Assembly (NCBI GenBank): GCA_036526075.1
Contig: DATCZD010000171.1
Location: 1 to 42,780 of the forward strand
DNA length: 42,780 bases
From: Pontiella sp.
GTDB taxonomy: Bacteria; Verrucomicrobiota; Kiritimatiellia; Kiritimatiellales; Pontiellaceae
Direction of reading: 5' to 3'
A program made the position numbers and the translations under genes. Below the pieces are notes generated by a model. It was not told the DNA's origin and made no database searches. It saw nothing but the letters and a program-made list of their open reading frames with translations. Positions 19,143 to 27,941 of this stretch are shown here, piece after piece (position 1 is the first letter of the stretch; every line of letters starts with the position of its first letter).

Positions 19143-20486
19143 ATGCTTTCAGCATTTGCAAACACATTCAAGATTCCGGAATTGCGCCAGAGGATTTTAT
19201 TTACTCTAGGCCTCATCTTCATCTGCCGTTTGATTGCTGCGGTACCGCTTCCGGGCGTGGACGCCGCATTTCTAGGCCGATGGCTTGAAGAGCAAACTGC
19301 TTCTTCAGGTGGTTTGGCAGGTATCATGAATCTGTTCAGTGGAGGCGCAATGCTGAAATGTTCGATCGGCACATTGGGGATTATGCCCTATATTAGTGCT
19401 TCGATCATTCTTCAGCTGATGAGCGCGGTTATTCCGCATCTCGAAAAACTGAAACGCGAAGGCGATGTGGGTCGTCAGAAGATTACGCAGTACACCCGTT
19501 ATTTAACCGTGATTATCTGCGCCGTGCAGGGAGCCGCGATGGCGGCTGCCCTACAGGGCGGTGGATACTTCGGCCTTCCGGCTGAAGTGGTTCGAATTCC
19601 GGGTGTAGGTTTTGTTCTACTCACGATGATGGCATTAGTAGCGGGTTCTTTGTTGCTGATGTGGATTGGTGAGCAGATGACAGACCGGGGCATTGGAAAC
19701 GGGATTTCCCTGATCATCACAGTGAATATTATTAGCAGTCTGCCGATGGCCGTTCAAACGCTGGCTGATAAGTTGACCCCAGTTGATGGTATTCCTGAAA
19801 TTGGACCGTTTCATCTGGCGCTAATGCTTGCCCTTCTTTTCGGAGTCACTCTCGGTGTGGTAGCCATGACCCAGGCACAACAGAATATTCCGGTTCAGTT
19901 TGCAAAGCGTATGGTGGGTCGTAAAATGATGCAGGGAGGTACATCCCACCTTCCATTGCGTGTGAATTATTCCGGCGTTATGCCGATCATTTTTGCCTCT
20001 GCTATTCTCGGAATTATTCCGATGGTAGCCGGGTATCTTCCATTTGAGTGGGCGAAGCAGTTGGTTTCGGCTTTCACGCCTACGTCTGGTTTGTATATGT
20101 CCCTAATGGGAGTCAGTATTCTCTTCTTCTCCTACTTCTGGGTCGCCACACAGTTTAATCCGGTTGAGATTGCTGATGACCTGAAGCGTCGCGGCGGTTA
20201 TGTTCCGGGCATTCGTCCTGGTCGTCCGACAGCCGAGTTTTTGGATAAAACGATGACTCGTCTAACTTTGGCCGGAGCAGTATTTCTAGCAGTTATTGCT
20301 ATTCTTCCTGGAATTCTCAATGCGCAGTTTAATGTGCCGTGGGTGGTTGGTTCGCTGTTTGGCGGAACCAGCATGCTCATCATCGTGGGGGTCATGCTCG
20401 ACACCATGCGCCAGATTGAGTCGCACCTTTTGATGCGCCATTACGATGGTTTCCTGAAGAAGGGTAAAATCAAAAGCGGCCGGTAA
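19143..20486 (+). CDS. secY: Preprotein translocase subunit SecY
   Basis: LGIMPYISASII, GIGNGISLII, GVMPIIFA, PGIRPG, GGTSMLI, about ten hydrophobic segments. Confidence 0.99.
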   Translation: MLSAFANTFKIPELRQRILFTLGLIFICRLIAAVPLPGVDAAFLGRWLEEQTASSGGLAGIMNLFSGGAMLKCSIGTLGIMPYISASIILQLMSAVIPHLEKLKREGDVGRQKITQYTRYLTVIICAVQGAAMAAALQGGGYFGLPAEVVRIPGVGFVLLTMMALVAGSLLLMWIGEQMTDRGIGNGISLIITVNIISSLPMAVQTLADKLTPVDGIPEIGPFHLALMLALLFGVTLGVVAMTQAQQNIPVQFAKRMVGRKMMQGGTSHLPLRVNYSGVMPIIFASAILGIIPMVAGYLPFEWAKQLVSAFTPTSGLYMSLMGVSILFFSYFWVATQFNPVEIADDLKRRGGYVPGIRPGRPTAEFLDKTMTRLTLAGAVFLAVIAILPGILNAQFNVPWVVGSLFGGTSMLIIVGVMLDTMRQIESHLLMRHYDGFLKKGKIKSGR

Positions 20487-21124
20487 TGAACGCGATAGTT
20501 TTACTTGGTCCCCCGGGAGCCGGAAAAGGTACGATCGCAGAAGTTATTGTCGATAAGGGATACCAGCATATCTCTACTGGGGATCTGCTCCGCGAGCAGA
20601 TCCGTCTTGAAACCCCTCTTGGCCTAGAAGCGAAGAAGCTGATGGATCAGGGGCAGTTCGTTCCGGATGAAGTTGTGATCGGCATGATTCGTGACCTGCT
20701 GGTATCCGCTCCGGCCGAAAAGTTTTTGTTTGATGGGTTCCCGCGTACGCTGGTTCAGGCGGAAAAACTGGATGAACTGTTGACGGAGCTGAACGGTCAG
20801 ATGGATCAGGTTCTTCTGCTTAAGTGCCCGGCTAGCGTTATTGTTGAGCGACTTTCGGGACGCCGTTCCTGCCCAGACTGCAAAACGGTCTATCATGTGA
20901 CCTATAATGCGCCGAAGCTGGAGGGGGTTTGTGACGTTGATGGTTGTAGTCTCACTTACCGCGATGACGATGTTCCGGAAACGATTCGTAAACGTCTTTC
21001 TGTTTATGCTGAACAGACCACTCCTCTGATTTGTTATTATAAAGACAGAGATCTTGTCATGTCGATTGATGCGAATCAGAGCATCGATCAAGTTCGGTCT
21101 GCAGTCCGTAAATTAGTGGAATAA
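20486..21124 (+). CDS. adk: Adenylate kinase with Cys-containing LID
   Basis: GPPGAGKGT, HISTGDLLR, DGFPRT. LID carries CPDC...CDVD. Confidence 0.98.
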   Translation: MNAIVLLGPPGAGKGTIAEVIVDKGYQHISTGDLLREQIRLETPLGLEAKKLMDQGQFVPDEVVIGMIRDLLVSAPAEKFLFDGFPRTLVQAEKLDELLTELNGQMDQVLLLKCPASVIVERLSGRRSCPDCKTVYHVTYNAPKLEGVCDVDGCSLTYRDDDVPETIRKRLSVYAEQTTPLICYYKDRDLVMSIDANQSIDQVRSAVRKLVE

Positions 21125-21133
21125 CTCATTGTT

Positions 21134-21898
21134 ATGATTATCATTAAGAATTCTGATGAATTGACTTCGATGCGTGTTGTGGGCCGAAAGACCGCCACGA
21201 TTCTTCATCAGGTTGCCGCCAAGGTTGCCCCTGGTGTTACAACTAAAGAGTTGGATGAATATGCTGCCGAGCTTGCCCGTAAAGAAGAAGGACGCTGCGC
21301 ATTTTACGGGTATCATGGATTCTCTGGTCACATCTGCTCTTCTGTGAATGAAGAAGTGGTTCATGGCATTCCTGGCGGTCGTGTAATTCGCGATGGTGAT
21401 GTGGTCAGTATCGATTTTGGTTTGGTGTATGGCGGATTTGTGGGTGATACCGCAGTAACGGTTCCATGTGGTGAAATTGATCCGGAAATAAAACGGCTGC
21501 TTGATACCACGCAGGAGTGTTTAACTGCGGCAATTGATAAAGCAGTTGAAGGAAATCGACTTTCTGACATTTCTAATGCCGTACAGGTGATTGCGGAAGG
21601 TTCAGGATTTTCCGTGGTGCGTGATTTTGTTGGCCATGGTATCGGTCGCGAAATGCATGAAGATCCGCAGATTCCCAATTATGGACCTCCGGGCCGTGGG
21701 CCGGTGCTGATGGCAGGAATGACATTTGCTATTGAACCCATGATTAATCTCGGAGTCCATAAAACTGAAACTCTCAAGGATGGGTGGACTGTCGTTACAA
21801 AAGACCGACTCCCATCTGCCCATTTTGAGCATACGATTGCTGTAGGCAAAGAGAATGCTGAAATTCTGACAATTCCTGAAGTCGATTATCGGGACTAA
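21134..21898 (+). CDS. map: Methionine aminopeptidase type I
   Basis: SVNEEVVHGIP, GDTA, GHGIG, HEDP, IEPM, SAHFEHT. Confidence 0.98.
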   Translation: MIIIKNSDELTSMRVVGRKTATILHQVAAKVAPGVTTKELDEYAAELARKEEGRCAFYGYHGFSGHICSSVNEEVVHGIPGGRVIRDGDVVSIDFGLVYGGFVGDTAVTVPCGEIDPEIKRLLDTTQECLTAAIDKAVEGNRLSDISNAVQVIAEGSGFSVVRDFVGHGIGREMHEDPQIPNYGPPGRGPVLMAGMTFAIEPMINLGVHKTETLKDGWTVVTKDRLPSAHFEHTIAVGKENAEILTIPEVDYRD

Positions 21899-21908
21899 GT
21901 CCCACGGA

Positions 21909-23174
21909 TCAGATCAAATTCAGGAGTTTGTGCCATAGACCCTTTTTAGGGTTTTCGTCGGCAGGAGGATTTGCGCGAATAAAAGCCCATTTAAAGGCAT
22001 ATTCTTTCCCCTGAGAAAACGCTACAGAGAGGCTATTGTCGACCGCCTTAAGTTGTGCGCCTGTTTTCACGTTTTCTATGTGGTGCCAACCATATTCGGC
22101 ATTAACGAGCTTCCATTCCGCAGATTTATTAGCGGTTTTCTGCCATGAGAGTTTTTCATTTTTAAGAGCCAGACGTTTTCCGCTATCAGGGTTGATAATG
22201 GCGTAGGCTCCGCCTGCACACTCAGCCAATATAAATTCAACCTCTGCGCCTTCAGTGTAGACGTCGGTGATTCCAGGACTTCCTTTTCCATTTCTTAGGC
22301 GTTTGTGAGTTCCTTTGTTATGAAGATAATAGTTAATATTAGTATGGGGCCCATGGATATCGGAAGACCGATAGTTTGCATAGAGCTTCCCCAGAGGAGT
22401 CAGTATAGCTGAATTGGTTTCGGCAAAAACATAGGATGCCTTTGACTCTTCCGGCCAAGAGGCATCCCAGGGGAAAATAGCATAACGCGTGATATAGTCG
22501 GTGCTTTCAAAGCGATAAAGGCTTTCAGCGATGAAGGTGTAGGACTGCGCATGTGTGTATTCATTAAATCCATCCCAGTCGGCGGCATTAAACTCTGTGA
22601 TCCAGACATCCATACCGTATTTATCCCAATACCATTTGGCATCAATTAGTAGTGAATGTGTGGAGGGAGGAGTGGGGTACCCGTGAAAGGTCATGAAATC
22701 AATCTGCAATCCTTGGGAAAGGGCATTACTCATAAAGTCATTCTGCCACCAGTTGTCGGAGTCAGTGCAGGCGGCACTGCCGATCTTTAGCCCTCCATTT
22801 GTGGCACATGCAGCCTCAATTTGAGGCCAGAAATCAAGAGCCTGCTGAACTGTTGGTTTGTCATCACGAATATGATCCGGCTCATTGTATGGTAAGAAAT
22901 ATTTACACTCCCCTGAATGCAGCAGATCCGTCATCGGTGGCCACCACATATTATGGCGCATAGGAACAAACTCAATTGATGGATTTACATCACGGTTTGG
23001 GAACATGTTCCAGTTGTAGTACCAACTCACATTCAATGCGTTAATGCCAGCGGCATCATAGTGTCCAACTCCCTTTTTTATGGAGTAGAAATCAGATGCC
23101 CCCGCCTGTGCAGTTAGGAGGGTGAGGATGATGCCAAGCGCCTGTTTTAGTGCATGTATTCTTTTTTTGTGCAT
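21909..23174 (-). CDS. Secreted glycoside hydrolase (GH128-like, putative beta-1,3-glucanase) with C-terminal beta-trefoil/ricin-like module
   Basis: Signal peptide ending AQAGA; WYYNW, FVPM, NEPD (acid/base), FHGY and WITEF (nucleophile) motifs; repeated (Y/H)xIxNxxxGxxL...W units at the C-terminus. Confidence 0.8.
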   Translation of the reverse strand: MHKKRIHALKQALGIILTLLTAQAGASDFYSIKKGVGHYDAAGINALNVSWYYNWNMFPNRDVNPSIEFVPMRHNMWWPPMTDLLHSGECKYFLPYNEPDHIRDDKPTVQQALDFWPQIEAACATNGGLKIGSAACTDSDNWWQNDFMSNALSQGLQIDFMTFHGYPTPPSTHSLLIDAKWYWDKYGMDVWITEFNAADWDGFNEYTHAQSYTFIAESLYRFESTDYITRYAIFPWDASWPEESKASYVFAETNSAILTPLGKLYANYRSSDIHGPHTNINYYLHNKGTHKRLRNGKGSPGITDVYTEGAEVEFILAECAGGAYAIINPDSGKRLALKNEKLSWQKTANKSAEWKLVNAEYGWHHIENVKTGAQLKAVDNSLSVAFSQGKEYAFKWAFIRANPPADENPKKGLWHKLLNLI

Positions 23175-23332
23175 ATATTCTCCAGCTATACTCTCCTTTC
23201 TAACATAAAGTATAAAATCGAACGAATCTATGTCTGTAAAAATTTCACAAAGGCAGCCTCTTGTAGTTGAGAAAAAAAGGATGACGAAGTACTGTCAATA
23301 ATTTGCATAGATAAGAATTTTTCGAGGGGTTT

Positions 23333-24628
23333 ATGAATATCCAGGATTGGCTTAAGAAGCGGATGATTGCGGCAAGCGCATATGACGCGGATGTACTGTT
23401 AAAGGATTTCCTGAGCGAAATGGAATCTGGGCTTAGAGGAGAAGAAAGCTCATTGGCCATGATTCCAACTTATATCAATATCGAAGGTCCAGTTCCTATT
23501 GATAAGCCGGTTGCTGTAATAGACGTTGGCGGGACCAATATTCGCACCTGCATAGCTCGGTTTGATAACTCTGGAACGGTTTCGCTCTCTAGGATCAGCA
23601 GGTTTCCGATGCCCGGCCGTGACCGAGAGATTTCCGCAGCGGAGTTTTATGATGTGTTGGTAGGAGCCCTGTGTCCACTCAAGGATGAGTTTGAACGTAT
23701 TGGTTTTTGTTTTTCTTATCCGGTCGTCATGACTCCAGAACTAGATGGTCGCCTGTTATATTGGAGCAAAGAAATCAAGATTCCGGAGTTGGTTGGTAGT
23801 CTAGTCGGCGAAGGTCTAGTAGAGGCGTTGGAAGAACGTGGTGTTTATGGGAAAAAGGTTGTGTTGCTTAATGATACGGTTGCAACACTGGTTGCCGGGT
23901 GTGCTCATGGGCAGGGGTTCAATGCATCATCTTATATTGGATTTATTCTGGGAACCGGAACAAATACTGCATATGTGGAGCGGAACGATTTGGTTGGTAA
24001 GCTCACTCTTAATTCCGGCTCGCAAGTGATCAATGTCGAGTCCGGTTCATTTTCTATCTTCAGGCGGGGGCCACAGGATCTTGCGTTAGATGAATGTAGC
24101 GAGAATCCGGGACAGCATGTTTTTGAAAAAATGATATCAGGGGCCTATCAGGGACCGCTTTCGCTGGAACTACTGCAGTCCCTGATTCCTGAAGGAGTCT
24201 TTTCAGACTCTGGAGCAGCCGCACTTGCAGTTATGAGTGATCTGCCAACCGTTCTCATAAGCAACCTGACTTCTGGGAATAAAGAGGATATCGGAGTATT
24301 GGGAGAGGTTTGTTTTTCAGATGCGGATCGGGAAATTATAAAGACTGTTTTTGTTTCCGTTGTGGAGCGGGCTGCTCTGCTGACAGCGGTTAATATTATG
24401 GCTTGCGTCGTAAAGAGCAACGCTGGGGCATCTCCACTCCACCCGCTTTGCATCAACATTGACGGTTCGACTTACTACAAGACCTATCGCATGAATGAGT
24501 TGGTTCAGGCTCATCTGGGTCGTATGCTAAAGGCACGCGGGTTGCATGCCCGTTGTATTAAAATCGAGGAAGCTCCAATGGTCGGTGCTGCCATTGCAGC
24601 TCTCACGGCCCGTTGGGCTACCCCATAA
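23333..24628 (+). CDS. Hexokinase (Hexokinase_1/2 family, not ROK/Glk type)
   Basis: LAMIPTY, IDVGGTNIR, GFCFSYP, WSKE, LNDTVATL, ILGTGTN, NVESG, FEKMISGAY, DGS. Confidence 0.92.
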   Translation: MNIQDWLKKRMIAASAYDADVLLKDFLSEMESGLRGEESSLAMIPTYINIEGPVPIDKPVAVIDVGGTNIRTCIARFDNSGTVSLSRISRFPMPGRDREISAAEFYDVLVGALCPLKDEFERIGFCFSYPVVMTPELDGRLLYWSKEIKIPELVGSLVGEGLVEALEERGVYGKKVVLLNDTVATLVAGCAHGQGFNASSYIGFILGTGTNTAYVERNDLVGKLTLNSGSQVINVESGSFSIFRRGPQDLALDECSENPGQHVFEKMISGAYQGPLSLELLQSLIPEGVFSDSGAAALAVMSDLPTVLISNLTSGNKEDIGVLGEVCFSDADREIIKTVFVSVVERAALLTAVNIMACVVKSNAGASPLHPLCINIDGSTYYKTYRMNELVQAHLGRMLKARGLHARCIKIEEAPMVGAAIAALTARWATP

Positions 24629-24649
24629 CTCTAGCGGCAAGACAATCAA

Positions 24650-25504
24650 TTAGCCTGCAAGGTGCAATGCAGTGACGCTTACGGTATTAAAAATCATGTG
24701 AACGCCAATGCAGGGCCAGAGCGATTCAATTCGCCAGTGGGTGAGACAGAGTGCCGTCGATAGCAGAGTGAGCGGAACTAATGATGGAAGGTGAAAGTGC
24801 ATGAGTGCAAAAAAAATGGAAGTCCATATAATTGATGCAGTTAGGCCATAATGTTTTGCTATGAAGGGAAAGATGATTCCTCGAAAAAAAATCTCTTCAT
24901 AGACTGGAGCTATAAAGATCGCGACCAGAATATATAGCACTTTCATCCATCCTATCTCTCCGGTTATGTATTGGGACACCATTTGAAGTTCTGGTTCGGC
25001 TCCATTCAAAAGTTCGAGTAAATAATAGGATCCCTCGGTGGTGATCATCAGTATGGGCAACAATGCCAGATAGATGGCGGGTGAAAGTTTTAGTTGTCCT
25101 AGCTTTGAATGTTCGAAACCAAAGGTGGTGGCCCAGTTTTGATTTCGCTCACGGATGATGCGATTGATCATAACAAGTATTGCGGCATACATCAGGAAGG
25201 CTAGCAACAATTGAGTCAACTGCTTTTGACCCTCATTAGAGGGGTGAGGAATGCAGGAGCCGAAAAAGTAGATCAGAAACAATAGTCCCAGCACGGAGCC
25301 CGCCTGTTTCACTGTCCAGGCCCGCGAGGTTAGCACTCTGCTCAGCGCTTCATGATCCGGAGGATTGTTTCGATGAAAAACAAAAAGCCGCACAGTCGCC
25401 AATAATCCGCCGAAAAAGAGAATCGCGGAAAGAACCAAAGACCATGTGGTGCTGGTGGTTATTTCTTCCATTTCAATAAATAAGTACTTTGATTCATAGA
25501 TCAC
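24650..25504 (-). CDS. CPBP (CAAX/Abi) intramembrane metalloprotease
   Basis: APVYEEIFFRG, FALMH and HMIFN motifs with multiple TM segments. The start may be ATG 25471. Confidence 0.9.
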   Translation of the reverse strand: MIYESKYLFIEMEEITTSTTWSLVLSAILFFGGLLATVRLFVFHRNNPPDHEALSRVLTSRAWTVKQAGSVLGLLFLIYFFGSCIPHPSNEGQKQLTQLLLAFLMYAAILVMINRIIRERNQNWATTFGFEHSKLGQLKLSPAIYLALLPILMITTEGSYYLLELLNGAEPELQMVSQYITGEIGWMKVLYILVAIFIAPVYEEIFFRGIIFPFIAKHYGLTASIIWTSIFFALMHFHLPSLVPLTLLSTALCLTHWRIESLWPCIGVHMIFNTVSVTALHLAG

Positions 25505-25577
25505 AGAGAGTGCTGTTTTTTTTACAGGGGTTACCAGATCTAGTTTGCATTAAATACCCTCTGTTCAGTTAAATCCA

Positions 25578-25607
25578 TTGCGGAAGGCGATAAATCACCA
25601 TATGGTG
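25578..25607 (+). promoter_or_regulatory. Putative promoter of the release-factor-like gene with overlapping palindrome
   Basis: TTGCGG-N17-TATGGT ending 6 nt before ATG 25613. Palindrome CACCATATGGTG at 25596-25607. Confidence 0.5.
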
Positions 25608-25612
25608 CGGTC

Positions 25613-26017
25613 ATGATTGCGGCCGCTAAATGGGAAAAATTACAGAAGTGGATGTGTAAGCTTGAGGTTTTCGAGGGAGATCTGGAGGAGTTTTTTATCC
25701 GAGGCTCGGGAAAAGGCGGCCAGAAGCTCAATAAAACCTCGTCCTGTGTGCAGTTGAATCATGCTCCTTCCGGCATAGAGATCCGTTGCCAGAAAACCCG
25801 TTCGCAGGCGGACAACCGCTACTGGGCTCGAAAGGAGCTATGTGAACGGATCGAAGAAAAGGTTCTGGGGGTAAAAAGCGTGCGTCAGCAGGCTATTGAA
25901 AAAATCCGCCGTCAGAAGCGCCGCCGATCCCGGCGGGCTAAATCGAAAATGCTTGATGATAAGTCAAAGCACGGTGAAAAGAAAATGCTACGAGGGAGAG
26001 TCCGCCCTGAGGAGTAA
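25613..26017 (+). CDS. Stand-alone GGQ-domain peptidyl-tRNA hydrolase (release-factor-like; ArfB/C12orf65 superfamily)
   Basis: FIRGSGKGGQKLNKTSSCVQL, TRSQADNR, and a highly basic C-terminal tail. No codon-recognition domains. Confidence 0.9.
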   Translation: MIAAAKWEKLQKWMCKLEVFEGDLEEFFIRGSGKGGQKLNKTSSCVQLNHAPSGIEIRCQKTRSQADNRYWARKELCERIEEKVLGVKSVRQQAIEKIRRQKRRRSRRAKSKMLDDKSKHGEKKMLRGRVRPEE

Positions 26018-26295
26018 GACTCTTGTTGAAGCTTAGTGGACTTTGGGGATCTTGCCGTCTTTATGATTGCCACCATAATATCTGTGTTGAGGTGTGATAA
26101 TTGATCGGTGCAGTAAATCCGGTGTCTCCAGATTGAATAGAATAACGGAGTCGCTATTACTATTTCTGCAATACCTAATGAGAGCACATGCTTTTTAGAA
26201 CTAGGGAGTATGTAGCATTGCTATTTCCTTTTCTCATAAGGCCTCCTACTCAATAACTGTGACACTCCGAATTAATCTGGATCTCGGGAGCTGAG

Positions 26296-27285
26296 TTATT
26301 CGTAGATAACGATATAGTGTTCTTTCTTTAGGCGTGAGATCCAACGGTCTCGTAATCGTTCCCGTTCTTTGGTGATCAGGGAGTTCTTGATCTCTGTGCG
26401 AACCTCGTCAAAACTTTTATAAGCCGACTGTCGCCGAGCCTCGACTTTTACAATGTAGAGGCGATTGTCGGCTTCAATAATTTCACTGAGTTCGCCAGCA
26501 GGAAGCATCTTTAGGGGCTCCTGCAGTTCCGGCCGAACATCTTTCGGCTGCATCCAGGGGAATGCACCCCCGTCGGATGCACGACCTCCTTCAGAAAGTT
26601 CTTTGGCGGTGGTGGCAAAGTCAGCTCCATCCAGAAGACGCTGGCGAATAGTTCGGGCCTCTTCCAGTTTTACAGCCTGATCCTCAGGCGTTTCACCCTT
26701 GTTGAGTACAATAATGCTGTACTTTACCTTTTCCGGAATAAAGTAGGCGTCTTTGTTCTTATCATAGGTTTCGCGCACCGTCTGAGGGGTGACGCGAGCA
26801 CGGCGAGAGACTTCCTCATTTATAAGCATTCCAACTGCCATTTGTTCGCGAATCACTTCCATATACTCCGCATGAGTCTTTTTCTGTTTCGCAAGTACCT
26901 GCTCAAATAGGGCTTTATCACCCTTAAATCGTTCGTTAATAACGCGTCGAATTTCATCATTCACATATTGATCTGGAATATGTCCACCTTTGGCCTTAAA
27001 GGCTTCCATAATCAGGGCTCGTTCGATCAGTTCATTTCGGGCTCGGATATAGGCTTTTTCCAGCTCTTCTTCGAGTTGTGCGCCTTGATAGGCTCGATAG
27101 AGTTCCGGAAGTAGCGGAGCGAGGGACTCGCGTACTTCTCCCCGAGTAATCACCCGGGCATTTACCTTGGCTGCGTAGCCATCTATATCGATAGAAAGAG
27201 GACTTGCCGGTACGTTGGTGGAAGTCTGTCCAAAAGCGGTAAGAACAACGGTGGAAAATATCAGAATATGCAATAAGGATTTCAT
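26296..27285 (-). CDS. SurA/PrsA-like parvulin peptidyl-prolyl isomerase
   Basis: Signal peptide, SurA N-domain (AAKVNARVITRGEV, LIERALI) and rotamase motif GADFATTAKELSE...GGAFPW...LPAGELSEII. Confidence 0.88.
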   Translation of the reverse strand: MKSLLHILIFSTVVLTAFGQTSTNVPASPLSIDIDGYAAKVNARVITRGEVRESLAPLLPELYRAYQGAQLEEELEKAYIRARNELIERALIMEAFKAKGGHIPDQYVNDEIRRVINERFKGDKALFEQVLAKQKKTHAEYMEVIREQMAVGMLINEEVSRRARVTPQTVRETYDKNKDAYFIPEKVKYSIIVLNKGETPEDQAVKLEEARTIRQRLLDGADFATTAKELSEGGRASDGGAFPWMQPKDVRPELQEPLKMLPAGELSEIIEADNRLYIVKVEARRQSAYKSFDEVRTEIKNSLITKERERLRDRWISRLKKEHYIVIYE

Positions 27286-27434
27286 AATCGAAGTACCATA
27301 AATAAAGGGCTCGAAAGGCGCAATGCCAAACCGGAGGCATGAGCCGCTTTTACAGATGAGAAGACTTCGAGCAAAGATACGGTGGTATGGAGAATTAAGT
27401 TCGTTTCTGTTTCTTTATGAGACAGCAGTTCGAT

Positions 27435-27812
27435 TTAGCGTTGAGGAGGGGTAGGATAAATCTGGTTGAGGATAAGATTGCTGATACCCTCAAGCGCGCC
27501 GAGGTGGGGTAAAATTTCAAATTTGATCTGAGGATGGGTTGTCTGCTCGTTTTCAATGAGTTTTGGAATGTCTTTCACCACATGCGTCCCCGCTGTGAGG
27601 AAGTAGGGAAATACTTTAATCTCTGTAGAGCCTCGGTTCACGAGATCGGATACCGCGGAGGCAACCTGTGGGGTGGAGATCTCCAGAAATGCGCTGGATA
27701 TCAGATCAAAGGCCGGCTTTGCATTTTCTCTGAGTCGGTTGGCTAAGTGATGGATCTCTTGATTGGATTCCTTTCGGCGGCTCCCATGGGCTATAACTAA
27801 CAGTGCTCGCAT
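27435..27812 (-). CDS. Small CbiX/SirB-type class II chelatase
   Basis: LLVIAHGSR, AFLE, PYFLTAGTHVVKDIP, PHLG in a single 125-aa domain. Confidence 0.9.
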   Translation of the reverse strand: MRALLVIAHGSRRKESNQEIHHLANRLRENAKPAFDLISSAFLEISTPQVASAVSDLVNRGSTEIKVFPYFLTAGTHVVKDIPKLIENEQTTHPQIKFEILPHLGALEGISNLILNQIYPTPPQR

Positions 27813-27892
27813 GTGCTATTCCTTCAGTCGGCGGTTTAAATTATAGTTACTAGACATCATAGGGTGGAAGGTTACAATACACATTAAGAAAG

Positions 27893-27922
27893 AAAAAAGG
27901 CCGTCTATTTGGACGGCCTTTT
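27893..27922 (-). terminator. Intrinsic terminator of the second fusA
   Basis: AAAAGGCCGTC-TATTTG-GACGGCCTTTT followed on the minus strand by a long U-rich tract, 20 nt after the stop codon. Confidence 0.85.
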
Positions 27923-27941
27923 AAAATCGTATAAGCGGTGC

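Noticed and set aside
20860-20945. Cys-rich adenylate kinase LID
   Set aside because: The Zn-binding LID variant is well known and widespread.
8187-21832. Many long antisense ORFs over the ribosomal operon (e.g. 11097-11795, 11796-12383, 14007-14567)
   Set aside because: Shadow frames expected from the codon bias of highly expressed genes; no motifs or SD.
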